Source: Yuukianura sp. NJ FZ-2021 (lineage: Eukaryota). Taken from it: a DNA stretch of 64,000 bases. Below are positions 35,431-48,613 of the stretch, piece by piece; position 1 is the stretch's first letter; every line of letters begins with the position of its first letter. The position numbers and the translations under genes are program-made. Location of the stretch: assembly GCA_046563655.1 (NCBI GenBank), contig CM102285.1:10354001-10418000 (forward strand). The letters are read 5' to 3'. The notes beneath the pieces are model-generated. The model was not told where the DNA came from, ran no database searches, and saw only the letters and a program-made list of their open reading frames with translations.

Positions 35431-38400
35431 TTAGAAACTACCTTGTTCGAAGCATGTTGGGTTTATGTAACTCAGAAGCTCATTGTCACTCATTTGCGTG
35501 AGAGCATTGGCGATAGAGCCCTGGTCACCTTGTAATTCTCCGCCCATAAGACTAATGACATTCATCATTTGGGGATTTGATTGTTCTGATTGCTGTTGTT
35601 GTTGCTGGGAACAGGGCGTTTCAGTGACAGGAGACAACGGTTCTGCCTTCATCGTCATGCTCATGCAATTCAGCACAGCATCAGTGGTAGTGTCCATTGG
35701 GCACATGAGCTGCGACTCAACCTGCTGCGGCTGAACCATGCTCATCATCTGTGGGATACTCGTAGTGACTGTAGCCGATGGTTGGTCAAAGGGGTCAATG
35801 GTGGGATGACTCTGTCTTCTATTCATGTCTTGAACCTGTTGCGGAGACAATTCGCCATAAATGTTGATGGGAGAAGTTGACGCCGTTGTCTGTGTAACTG
35901 GTGACGTTTGGGTAGCCACTGGAGCTTGCTGGAACGTTGTTGCTACATCCAATGGCATCGGGGCAACCAGATTCAACCCAAAGAATGAAGTTGGACCTGA
36001 CGGCATTGCTTGACTCTCACCCAGTGCCATCATCGTCTGCTGAGAACTGTGATCCAAAATTTCTTGTAATTCCGACACCACTTGTCTCTCCTGTTGCATC
36101 GACGACACTGGAGGAGCCATCATTGTAGTCTCAAAATTCAGTGAAGCCATGGTAGTTATTGGGGCTTGGACCATTGTGCCAAGCGATGCTAGAAAAAAAC
36201 CAAACACGTTTTAAATACTTATTCCACACAAATTCACAATTCACTTCTAGTTTCCAGTCATAAACTCTTACAGTTCGAATCCTGAATGAAGGTCCCCGCC
36301 GATTCAGTTGTATTTGTCATCAGAGGCATTGACATTTCTCCAGACAAAATTGATCCTAAGCAATGAAAAACAAAAATTAGATTTGTGCATAATCTACCAA
36401 AATCTTACTTGAAATAAACGTTAACAAATAAAGTAACAAATCCTACGAGTCAACTGATCTTGCAGACTATTCTGAATGAGAGACTGAGCTTGAGCCTGTG
36501 TGTCGATCGAGCAGACAATGGATTCAGATGGCGACACTCCGTAGACCACTATTACCAAAAAAAATCTATTAGGTTACTTCAGGAAAAATACTTCAAACCC
36601 AAGTTTCTAAATTAGCTCTTTGGATAAGGAGACCATCCCTGTAAACGATTATGTAAGCATGTCAGTTGAACAGCGTCCAAAAGTACTTCTGTTCAATCAA
36701 CTTGGAATCAATTTCACTGAAAATTTAAAAAAGTTTTCCAGAATATGCTTGCATAACCCAAGTAGTAAAAAAAACTTAAACTAATTGAGCTAATACTGAC
36801 GAAAGTCCCCTGTAATAAGAAAACAAATAGACAACTTTTCCTTGTGGATTGTGTTTACATGTTTTGTGTTCTGTGGAAAGCAGCATCTTTCTCCCCTTTA
36901 ATTGAAAACGTCTAAAAGTTAAAAAATTAAAGAAAGTTAAACCGTTATCTCGCTCGCAAATCCCATTAAACTCAATTTAACTTCTTTTTAAAAAACAAAG
37001 CAAAATCTAACACGAATTTTTTTTTCCAAATCAAAACTCTCGCCCAGCTCCCAGGTTTGTGTTATGCGTGTTCTTTATAAAAATTTTTAAAAAAAAACTA
37101 AGAAAATGTGAATTCTTTAAATAAGCTTGCTTTATAAAATTAAAATTAAAAAAAAAATCGAAGTCAAATCAATTTTCCAATCACGTTAAATTTGTTAAAC
37201 GTGCGTGTTTGTGAATGGTGTACTTAAGATTATAGGGTCAAAACATGTATTAAAAATCAAATCAATTTCTACGATTAAAATGAACCATTTTTAAAGCAAA
37301 AAATATAGGAACAGTCTTATACGCCACACTACGAAAAAGTTACTAAAAATTGCAGTTGAAAATTCGGTGTTGCAGTTAAAGTTTTCTGATGAACGTAGAA
37401 GTTTTTGAATAAAAAATTATGAAATTTTCCGAAATTTTTTACTTTTTCAGTGGTAGAAGACTGATCCTAGGATAGTGTAGTGTATGTAGCGTCTGTCTGC
37501 GTGTTCTGTTAGTGTAGAAAATGGTATTGTTTTTTAAAGATGATGAACCTGCGGCACAGTGGCCAGTGGGTCGCCAAAGGGCACATGAGCCTGAATGGCA
37601 GCCGACGAGAGGAGCTGAACTACATCTCAATTTTTGATTGAAACTTTATGATGCTATAAGGGCAAAGAAAGGCAAAGTCAATTGTCAGCTCAGATTCTGA
37701 TCTGACGCCACTCACCTTAGTTTGCTTCATATTCCATTCAATCAAAATTTTAATTTGAGGTTACAGTGGAACCCCTCTTTTTGCAACTCGCTCAGAATTA
37801 TTATGCATTGGGAAAAACAAAAATGAGCCCAAAATGAGACAAGATTTTACATGTGTTTAAATGGGATTTCCAAACGTGGAAGGTTTCCGTAAAAATGATT
37901 AACTCTGTGAGTACATCATTTGGTTAAAGTCAGTGTTGGTGGATATCCACATTCTTGGCATTTAGTCCGCCTCTTAACATATACTGGATAAATCCGGATA
38001 AAATCCAGTTTCCGATGGACGAAACTCAGTTCCATCCCGAAGAAACCAATAAAATCCGGATATATCCGCCACGTTCGAGGAGTGTGGAAGAAATATTTAT
38101 TCATCCCGCAACACTAGTTAAAGTTAAGACCCATCCATAAACTTTCAGTTTTATGGTACCCGTAAACTAAACACCAAAATTGCAAAAAGAGGGATTCCAC
38201 TGTAGCTTCTTTTCGAAATAAAATTTAGTCATTGCAATACTGGAAAATCGGGTTTTCAATGGAATATTGCCGCAATGAAGGCAAGACCAGTGTTTCCATC
38301 GAAATGCGAAAGAATCAAAGCCTTCTAAAAAGTACATGAGTTTCTTTCTTTCAAAAGTAAATTACAAAGTGTTTAGATTTTGAGTTCTGGTTAAATCTCA

Positions 38401-41400
38401 CTTTAAAAATTTTTGTAGAAAAATAAAACATTTGAAAGTATAAAATGTAAAGAGAGATACATAATTACAGAACAGTCGTGTGAGAAATATTGAAACGCTA
38501 TTAACACTGGTCTATGACTTCGAATATTTTGCATTTCAATGGCCCTTAATTAGCTAAAAGCTTATTTTGTACCACTCACACCCATCCATCCACCCAAGCA
38601 CACAATATGTGCTCTCCGTCAATGCTTAGACGTAGCCTAACACAAACGAATGAAAAATTCAGCAGAAGAGGAAGCTAAGGTGATTTTGATACTTGCTCTA
38701 GTAAAAAAAAGAAATTTCAGAGGGCAATTTAATGTAATCTTGTTTCCTAAGAATTAATTCCGACTCATCACTCATAAACTTCACATTTTCAAAAACGTTT
38801 TCAAAATTGACTTGAAAAGTTTTAAGACATTGACAGAGAGACGTATAGTAAACAAGCATTCCGGAAGAATTCGTTTCAGTCATGCAGTGAGAGGATTCGC
38901 TGCATTGACGATCACAGGTTGCTCAAAAGACATTGAAAAGCACAACAAAAGAAAACGTTTTGCGAGCATCATTCTACTTTTCTTTACTTGAGAAAGAAAG
39001 ATGCTGCAAAGCCTAAAGTAAAAAGAAAAGGAAAACTGAATTTTAGCTAAAGTAAAAAACGAAATCGCAATGAATACAGCGAATCCTCTTCAAAGTAAAT
39101 TAGAAGCCAAACACTACAAAGCGTATCCCTCAAACCGATTAATTGTCGCTTACCACTCTGGTTAATAGGTAAGTAAGTGAGATGATGTGGTTCACTGAGT
39201 TTACCGCCGGACCATACCAGTACGCGACAACTGACAGGCTTCGTAATATTTTCATCTTTGTATGGTGGGAGAACACAAATCAAATGATTCTAAAATTCAA
39301 AACAACAAAAGTCAGGGTTAAGTTGATGACTGGAGAAAAACCAGACGCTAATTCAGCACAAACCTGTTGAACATAATCTTTCAGCATCTCAGCCTTAGCT
39401 TCCCACAACAATTCACCCTCCATCGTTTCTTCTTGAACCACAACTCTCGTGTCCTTCAGAAAGTTCTTTCCCACAATAAATAGTTCCTGTCCACCTTTGC
39501 ACGAGCATTCGGACAGCGATTTTTTGCATATTTCGGGCTGTCCAGGCGGTTGCGCTATGAATCAGCAAAACATTCTCCATTAAAAAACGTTTCCATTAAC
39601 CTCAACGTTCTCTCAAACGTCAAAATTATTAATGAATTAGAACACTCACTGCAAAGAATTGGTAATGATGAGACTTGGAGTGTCTCTTGGATGCCATTGG
39701 AATTGATAATCGTCGTCCTGAAGATTAATCGACATTTCGTGGACTTTTTACGTGAAGATGCTGCATGATGAAATGGAAATCTTTGCTCAACGTCCACGTT
39801 TCGCTCTTTTAGAATCCCGACGCAGTCACAACTACATTATGAAATATGCAACAAACATTTAGAAGCCATTGACACCTACTTATCCAGGAAATATCTCACT
39901 TTAGTTCTCTGAAAATCCCGTACCTTATCACCATATCTTTTGACTGCTCAAATTCAATTTCTATGAGGACAGTTCCTTCAACTTTCTTCTCCGTACATGG
40001 TGTGGAACTTTTCCCAGTTACTTTGCATGCTTGGTAAAACATATGCGGTTGGACCTGCAATTCAACAGCGAAACAAAGTCATAAGGTTAGAGTGACCTTG
40101 TTATATTCAGAACTCGAAATTTTTAACAATCTTAATGGAGATATGACGCTTATTCATAAGTACTCAACCCACCTTTCCTTGATCCGATCCAATAAAAATC
40201 TGAAGTGTCGCTGGCTTATCGTAGCCAACTAATTTAACTGCGGGAAACCCATTTCCCTTCCGGTCTTTGATGGCACCTCTGGAACCTTCCGTCTGGTAGC
40301 GAGCTGTAGTAAATAACTCAAAAAATCAAAACCACATCCCAAGATAATTACTAAAAACAAATCTTGTTATTAAAAATAACCTCTGTGTTGTTCTTCTGGC
40401 TGTGCCAAAATTTGCAACTGGACTGTTCCGTCTCTTGATGTCGCTGTGATACTCGTTGACAGCGCTGGCGAAGTTCCAAGAGGCAACCGTTTGCCCAAAT
40501 TCCCACGGGCGGTTGGCGGTTGATTTTGATTGCGTAGTCTGAGGGCGCTCGATGGTCGCACTGGAACTGCTGGCGTTTGGAAACCGAACCGTGCTCGCTT
40601 TACTGGTACCGTTGACGATGGCATCTTGGAATGTTGTCCGTTTACCATCAACGAAGGTGCAGCGTTCAATGAGACTTGGTCACTTTCCGTAACTACGGAG
40701 TCTGGTGACCTAAATAAATAAATATGAAAGTAATTAAAGTTCTTGTTTTGAAGTGGTCCAGAAAAATAACAACTGGAGCATTAATGGAAGATCATTGCAT
40801 CAGTCTCATATGAAATCACAATTTGTGAATTTCCAGATCTCGTAAAGGTTTAAAACTAAATCTTCGACCTGTGACACAAATGACCTCCTGAGTGGTTTTC
40901 CGTAGAAGAAGTTAAATAGTTCATTAGACCTTGATGAATAATTTAATGTAAGAAAGTGGCTTACGCGTTCTTTAGCTCCACAGAAACTGGTGCTAGGGTT
41001 AGCACCTTCTTTTCCTCTGTTTCCCCATTGGCAATTTGATTGACCGTGGTGAAAGTAGAGTCGATGCTTGATGTGAAAATGGGTTGAGCCCTGTGGAGGT
41101 CAACTGGAGACATTTCCTAAAATAAAATCAAAGCTCAGTATTAATTTCACAATATTCCAAAGAACTAATCCAAGGATATGTTAAGCGAAAGCAACCTTTG
41201 CAACAATCCTAGCAAATAATAAAGCCAAGTCAATCATGTTCCACTTCAGATAATCGACTCCAAAAGTTTAATAAAATCCATTTTAGTCGGATCAATTGGG
41301 TAACCCCTACTCTCGTCCATTCTCGTCCTTCGCAAGAGCAAAAAGCTGTTCAATGCCTCTGATTCTGATCGATTTTAATGTATTCAAAGTTGACATGCAA

Positions 41401-44400
41401 TGAACTTCAGCGCAATCGAGTGCAGTCAATATTAAAGTTAAGTGTGTAAAGTGGAAAAAGGACAGCAATATTCGAGTACACAAAAATTAATTTCCAAGTA
41501 CGTCCATGTGAAATTATTTGTTAAGTACTTTTTAGCCAGGCTACTTAATTATGAGTAGCTTCTGTACATAAAATTAAATCGGAAAGTGGTGTCATTGAAC
41601 TTGAAGAATTTGAAAGTGCACGTGGAAAGCACATGGAAAATACAAACATCAACCTAAAACCAAGTTTTTGTTTAAATGTACTTTAATTTAGTTAATTCCT
41701 ATCCTCATTAGGATATTATTTATCATATTATATTTACGCTGGAATGTTTTATGAAGCAGCAAATTTAAAAAGACAAAAAGTTTGGAAAATTTAAGTCCAA
41801 ATCAAAACATTGCAAGAAAAGAGACAGAGAGACCACAAAAACAAGTCAAATAACTTTGTAGCACAAACTTTAGAAAGTTTGATTCACTGTCGGCGATAAT
41901 CAAACAATCAGAATGAGGATAAGACTTTTAAAACTTTCCACTCTGAGTTTACAGGTCAGAGTTCACCAGTTCTTCATGCCAAGACATTCCCAGATATTTG
42001 GTCACACATTGGAACTTCCTCGTACGAACTCAAAATGTTATTATTTTGGTTCCTATAATCCGCTCAACTAAACTTTAAACCTAACAGTACTTCTCAACGT
42101 GCCCAAGCAACCAAACATCGTTTCACCTGGATCTTAGAATGGACATGTGCGTGGTGTTGTCAATCTCAAGATTTCCTTGTACTTAAAGCTAACGCTGAAA
42201 TCATATCTTCCAGAAAAAGTGGAGTGAACTTCCTATTTGCAATTAGATAAGTCTTAACGCAGCAGTTTAGTGTTCTCTGAAAGCAAGAGTCGTTACATCA
42301 CATCGCATAACAGGGAAAACACTTGCGCGTTCTTTAAACTTCGCACCCATCCAGCACCATCCTTCCAGAACTTTTCAGTCCAAGCGCCTGAAGTTCCAGG
42401 CTGGAACTTCCAGCCCCCGCTTTTTAAACCTATTTAAGTACTGTTTACTCTATTTATTTATAAATTGCCTTGTTTAAAAACTGTTCCAACACCCAGCAGC
42501 ATTCCTATTGCAGAAGATGTACCTCCCATTCTACGATGCCAAAAGACGAGAATTGTGACTTTGGATGATGAGTCCTCCATCACCACTCCCTCGTCACATG
42601 GCCACTTATCTCCTTTTCACACTTGATGAGTGGAATTACAAACAAGAGCGTTATGTGAAAACTGAACTTTATAACACTAACTTTAAACTAATGACAAGAA
42701 TTCGCTGACGAGCAAAGTCATTTCCGATAAAGGAACTTTACTACACTATAGTAGTACTCCAGTTGCCCTCTTTAAGGAACAAGTATTAGTCATTTCCCCA
42801 ATCTGCAAAGATTTTCGTAATTTCCTTAATACTTCCAGAAAACAAATTTGAAAACGATAGGTTGCTTGCAGCGCTCATGAACTCTACAGCGATGACATCT
42901 TTTTCGTTGAGTTTGAATGCATGACACGCCTCCCTAATAGAATCTAAGCTAAAGCTGTTCTCGTTTGAAGCAGATTTGAGTTTAGTAAGAGTTGTTGAGA
43001 ATCAAAATGACAAGCTGCAAAAGACATGATTGGCCGGATTAAGGCTAATTTGATGTAGTAAACAAGTAGAGGACAGAGAGAACAGGAATCAGCGAAAGGA
43101 GGTCATTAAGCCCGAATCACATTGCAGGCCTTGCGTCGTGCGTCAACTTTAAAGTTGACGCTCAGAATTAAAGGGCGTTGATTTTGACGCAGACCCGAAG
43201 GCTATCACACTGCGAGCTCTGGCGTTGAAAAAAAAGCAGCTTCAAAAAAAACGCACAGATTTCCCTACACCTACTATTACTGATCCTAGGCTATGACTTA
43301 TAGCCTATGAGGAACATGCAGAAAAGTATTGGATATGGATGAACAGCTGAGAAGCTGAGGTTAAATGTAATTCTTGGTCAATTTCAGTGCTTGACCTTCC
43401 GTTTCTTAACTTTCCCATTAAAGTCAAGGTTCTTCATCCATTTTTCCATAAATTAATTAAATAAAATAATTAAATACAAATAACAAGTCCGGCGCCGGAA
43501 CTTCTAACGATATTTTGATTCAGTAATGCAAAATGGACATTACCTGACTTGAAACTGAAGTTAAACCATGTCATAGTTAGTTAAAGTTCAAATAGCAGAT
43601 GGTAAACAATTAAAAAAACAGACGATTCAATTTTGACGCGAAGAAAAGTTGAACCAAGTTCAACTTCTCATCGCGTCAACTTTTCTTGACGCGACGTCAG
43701 TTTTGAATCGGAAGGAGGCAGTGTGATAGCTCCCCGATTTTGACGTCGCGTTGAGTTTGAGGCTGAGAAAAAACGCGCGTCAACTCAACGCAGCCTCAAA
43801 TCCAATGTGATAGCCTTTTTCTCGCGTTGGATTCAAATCCAACGCAAAAAGTTGAGGTGCGTCGGCAATGTGATACGGGCTTTACGAACAACAACAACAA
43901 CAAGGATACGTAATTTTGCGACCTGCGTGAACGCATAGTTAGCCTATCCATTTTTGCGCTTGTTTTGATCACACGATCTGCTCTCAATGGGAAACCATTC
44001 TCAAATAGCGTCCTTCGCCCCCTTGTCCCACCTACTCGCATAGCTACTATTTGATTTTTTTTTAGCAAAGTTTCGTCAAAACAAGCATCATTTAAATCTC
44101 TTCGAAAACAACAACAACACAGAACTCGTTTCCGCTAACAAACCATTCACTTGTACCGTGATGTTTACGCCGAGTTCGAAACAGAAGGAAGTGAGGCTTT
44201 AAGTGAGGCTTAGTCATAGCAGAAACGCAACGTTGTGGACTTTCTGCGAACAGTTTATGTACATAACAAAGTAATTGCCATATAATGCTAATTTAATATC
44301 CCCATTTCCCAGGTTCTTAGCAGTGTTTGGAGGCCTCAAAGTCTCTTCAATACTTAATTACCAGAACAAGTATTAGAAACAGAACTTTCAAGCCACCATT

Positions 44401-47205
44401 CATCGAACACCAAAACCTGGAAGCTTTAAGGATTTAACGTGTGCAAATTAAACCGCTTTTATCCTAGGTTAGGATATGCTTCTCAAGCACGCCATCGATG
44501 GACGTCAGAGACGCTAAAAGCTAAAGTTTAGAGCATTTTTAAAAGCTTCAATTTCAAAGCAATTCAGCGAGCATTTTTATGGCGCAAATGGCTTGTTAGT
44601 AAATGGTGTACTTTTTCAGGACTCGAGCGCTGTTGAATAGGAAGTTGGAGTAAATGAGTTCCATTCACTTGGGCCGCTGAAGATGACCTCCTCGCCACAA
44701 GTCCTACAGATCGTAGATCTTCTGAACTTCCCCAGAACTGCGAATCTGAATTAGAGTTGTCACAGTCAAGGCCAGAGTCATTGGAGTTGTCATTGGAGTG
44801 ACCGCCGTAGTCAATTGCATAAGTGGCCGGCCGCTTCCCATACTTCCCCTTCCCTACAAAAACAAAAAACCACAGAATTGGTTAGGCTGGTAGTATTTTT
44901 CATTGACAAATCCAGAAATAGAAAACAAAACACTTCTCGGAACTGGATCGAAAACAATTTAACATATTAAAAATCATAAACTGAGGTTTCGAAATTCGAT
45001 ATTCCCATACAAACAAGTAAGATATATGCCATTGTTCCGCTAAATTCCTGGATGTATTACAATGTTAAAGTTTATATTTCGCCACACTCATAACATTTAC
45101 GTCGAATTGGAAAAACAAGGACATTAAAAGGCGACAATACCCGGAAATTGCTCTATTAATTTTATGACTAGGGACAAAAGCAGGATAAACCCGTGAATTA
45201 AGAGGCCTTTGGAGACTAATCTCAACCTGTAATTAACATCAATTGAAATTAATTCTAGACTGTACCACCATTTCATCAGTAACTGAACGCGTTTAAAGCA
45301 GTTACTTATCCAGTAGCTTACAATATAAATGGTTCAATTTAATTTTATGGTTTTGGCTCTGTATCTGGGAGTCTAATTGTAATTTTCAGTTAATTTTAAC
45401 TACCTATAGTTACCGCATTTGACCCGCAATTACCCGAAGTCTATCACTTTCCCAAGATAGCGTTTGTTTCCTCAGTCGTCAGCACAAAGAAAATTACTTT
45501 AAGTGCCAAGCAAGCAATTAACTAAATTGCTTCAAGCGCCAAGAAATATTCAGCTTCAAATTCAAACATCCAATTTTAGACGCCAATATGTTTCTCTTTC
45601 TCATGTGAAAGTGTCATTTACTAAAAAGACATAAGGCTGGAGTGCATAATTCAAGAATATGATTCCTGTTTCTCAAATTTTAGTACTTTTAAATGGGCAT
45701 TTTGCCAGGCAGGCTCTCAAACCCAATTTTTTGAAATTTTAAACCTAAATGACGCAAACTCTTCTTCTTTTTTAATACCTGACGGTCTCAAATGTCTCGG
45801 TTGCATTGCTGGTGTATTATTCTTGTATGTTGGCCAACCGAACTTGTCCCACGTCATTTCTTTCCCAGCGCTTGTTCCTAACAATGGATTGGCTGATTCC
45901 CAGTAACTGGAAGTCGTATTGTTATATTCGACATTGGCTAGGAACTGGGCCTGGCGTTGTCGCTCTAAAGCCATCTGATGCTGGAACCTTGCCACTGACG
46001 ACTTTCGTAGCTTCATTTTGAATAAAAATGTGTCACGAGTGTGATTTTAAAGAATGCAAAGTCTATTTCCTTCGCTCATGCACTTTTTTGTCAAATTTAA
46101 AAATAAAATTGAGCTTTTTAAAATTCAAACTCAAAGTTCAATAAAATATGGCTTGACTTGACCCCAAACTTTGATAAAGATGAAACGGGGTCAAAAGGCA
46201 TTTGGACTTTGAAAAAACTGGATTTTCTGAAAAGATGCTTCCACTTGCGAAATGTTTTGATACAACAACGTGTTACTAAAAACACGAGTATAATTTCGAA
46301 CTTTCGGACTGATTGGTTCTCATGAAAGTCTATTTCACAACTGAAGCATAATGTAGAGGCACACAAACAGAAAAGGTGGCCGCCAAGAGGCATAGGCAGT
46401 TGTTAAATAAGAATTGTAATCAGAACGAACATAACCCAATAGCAAAGCCGACCAAAAGCCCAACCCGCCCGTGACATATCGCAACGAGTCCAGTGCTTCT
46501 GCTCATGACACGCCTACCACCGCTGAAGAAATGCTGCTTAAGTTTAACTCGTGCAATTTAGTTAAGTTAAAGTCCAACTTAATAGCTTTGCTTCCGCATG
46601 TTTCAAAAGACCACCTTCTGGACCAGCTTAAGTCGTGCGATGAAAACATGACTGTAAATAACACTGCAGTACTTATCCTTATAGGTACAGTTTTTTTTTA
46701 CAGTTTTCCCGTTATTAATTAAATTCAGGAATGTAACCACCAGCAGGAATTTGTCGTAATCTTCTATAGTTAGAGCTATAACAAATTCGACAAACTCAGG
46801 CTTTTGGTTATGGAATTCAAAATCTAAAACAATCTAGAAGGACACGATCTTTACGCGTTTCATCGTGCTTTCGAATTGTTAATTTGATAGTTCGGATCGG
46901 AGTTGAATGAATTCTCAATTTGAAAGTTCGAAGTTATTGGACAGCATTTCATTTTCGTCGTAGCGAACGGATAAAGATAAAAGTCTAAAAAGGAGAATGA
47001 ACTTACCAGAAAGAATACTTCGTGTTCCATTACGAAGTCGAATAGGTATGGACAAAATAGTCGGCGCGGAAGATACTGCTGGAATCAAGGCCAAGTAGCG
47101 ACGATTTATTCCAGTGTTGAGATTAGTTGCATTGGTGGTTTTAATCACTCGCTTCGAAGGTGGATTAACGGGCTGCAACTGCACCGACACCTTCTCCTTC
47201 TTCAT
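35431..47205 (-). CDS. NFAT: NFAT (NFAT5/TonEBP-like) transcription factor; multi-exon
   Basis: Rel-homology domain: [27 protein letters not shown]...[13 protein letters not shown]...[15 protein letters not shown]...[12 protein letters not shown], then [16 protein letters not shown]...LFIVGKNF...HLICVLPPY (40700-39153). An N-terminal DNSNDSGLD exon lies at about 44853-44612. The Q-rich C-terminus ends [20 protein letters not shown]. The exact first and last exons are uncertain. Confidence 0.93.
37764..38202. mobile_element. pogo/Tc1-mariner-type MITE with TA TSD, in an NFAT intron
   Basis: TA|cagtggaacccctctttttgcaa ... ttgcaaaaagagggattccactg|TA; 23-bp TIRs with one mismatch. Confidence 0.85.
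37931..38116. mobile_element. hAT-type MITE nested inside the previous MITE
   Basis: Termini cagtgttgg...gcaacacta are flanked by a perfect 8-bp direct repeat, gttaaagt (37923-37930 and 38117-38124). Internal atccggata motifs are repeated. Confidence 0.8.
43109..43881. mobile_element. PIF/Harbinger-type MITE with TTA TSD, in an NFAT intron
   Basis: tta|agcccgaatcacattgc ... gcaatgtgatacgggct|tta. Subterminal palindromes (cgtcaactttaaagttgacg) and internal repeats of the TIR core (gctatcacactgc; gcagtgtgatagc; caatgtgatagc). Confidence 0.75.
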
Positions 47206-48613
47206 TTTAATATGCTTCTCACTGCAATCTTGAAGACACTTCGATAACTGTAAAAACAGAAAAGAAAAAGACAGTCAGAAGTTGTTCAGTAACTGCAACA
47301 TAAACATAAGATTAAACACCACGTATGATATGTATATGTACCTCATGATACTATGTATTTATAACCAAATCATAAACCAAAGTACAATTTGTGACCAAAC
47401 ATCATCATTTTTCAGTTTTTACTCAATTTCACTGCCAACCTCTGCCTTCGTAGAAGAAATGTCCAGGATAAGTCCGAGGTCAACGAAATACCACAATGGG
47501 GGAGGTGCCCATTTCCCATTCCATGAATTATGTTTACTGAGAGAACGAGAAACCTAACTCCTAACCACACTCACACAATCAAACGTTAAAAACACAATTT
47601 TAAAGACAACCATGTTCATTACAATTACTGGCGAGATGATGATATTTAGTTAACATATGCGTAAATGTCAAACGTAACATAACTCCATTCATTGGTCTTT
47701 GGACCTATTCCTATTCATGTTCGGTCACCACACCAGCTGATTCCTGTAACTACAAGATAAAACCAAGGTACTGAGAACTTAGAGTATTTCCTTACCTTTC
47801 CAAAGTAAACCAGTGTCTGTCCGATCTAGTTTCAGTGAGCGTGAGTGATAGAATCGCTGATCAGCGATTTTTCAGTGGTTTTGCAGTACTCCTCGATAAA
47901 AACACAAGCACATGAATTTTTTATTTACCTTAACTTCGTCATTCGATGTGCTGCTGATCTCACCAAAACAAATCAATTGATTTTTTATTACAACTTGGTT
48001 GACGTAAACTTCAACGACAATTATTGTAGCCCTACAGTGTATCCAAACCACTTTATGACTACTGTACGTGACTACGACAACCGGCAACTAATGTTGCTGC
48101 ATTAAACTAGATGATTTATGATAGCCTTTAACCTTACCTTATTTAGTTGCCATCTTAACGTAGCCACCCATTGTAGCCCCATAATATGGCTGAACAGGCT
48201 ACGCTGTGCGGCTACATGTGCTGTCGTTAATGTTTACTCCAACTCACTTTTCTAAATTTTGTCTTCTTTTCCTTCTTATCGCCGCAAGGTGGCGGACAAT
48301 ACTCGAGGAACAACTCGAAATGACGCTTCAGATATCCAAATTTTTAAAATTTGAATTTTTAAAAATCCCTAATTAATTAAGAAGTCTTCATTACATTTTT
48401 TTGAAACGCAAACTCCATTACACAGTATAGCACATTTGCTGCTTATTATACAAGCGAGCCTTAGAATTTCATGTAATTATCAGTTCTTTTTCCTTGTTGG
48501 TAATAAATAATAGAATAAGAATTTTTCATAAACTTTATTCAAAATGTAACAATTGTTTTGAATTTTCACTTTAACAAACATATGAGTTGTGAATTATTTT
48601 GAAAATTGGAAGA

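Noticed and set aside
37549..37619. Possible extra NFAT exon ([24 protein letters not shown])
   Set aside because: It enters in phase 1 but exits in phase 0 or runs into a stop, which is incompatible with the next identified exon. It cannot be resolved without cDNA.
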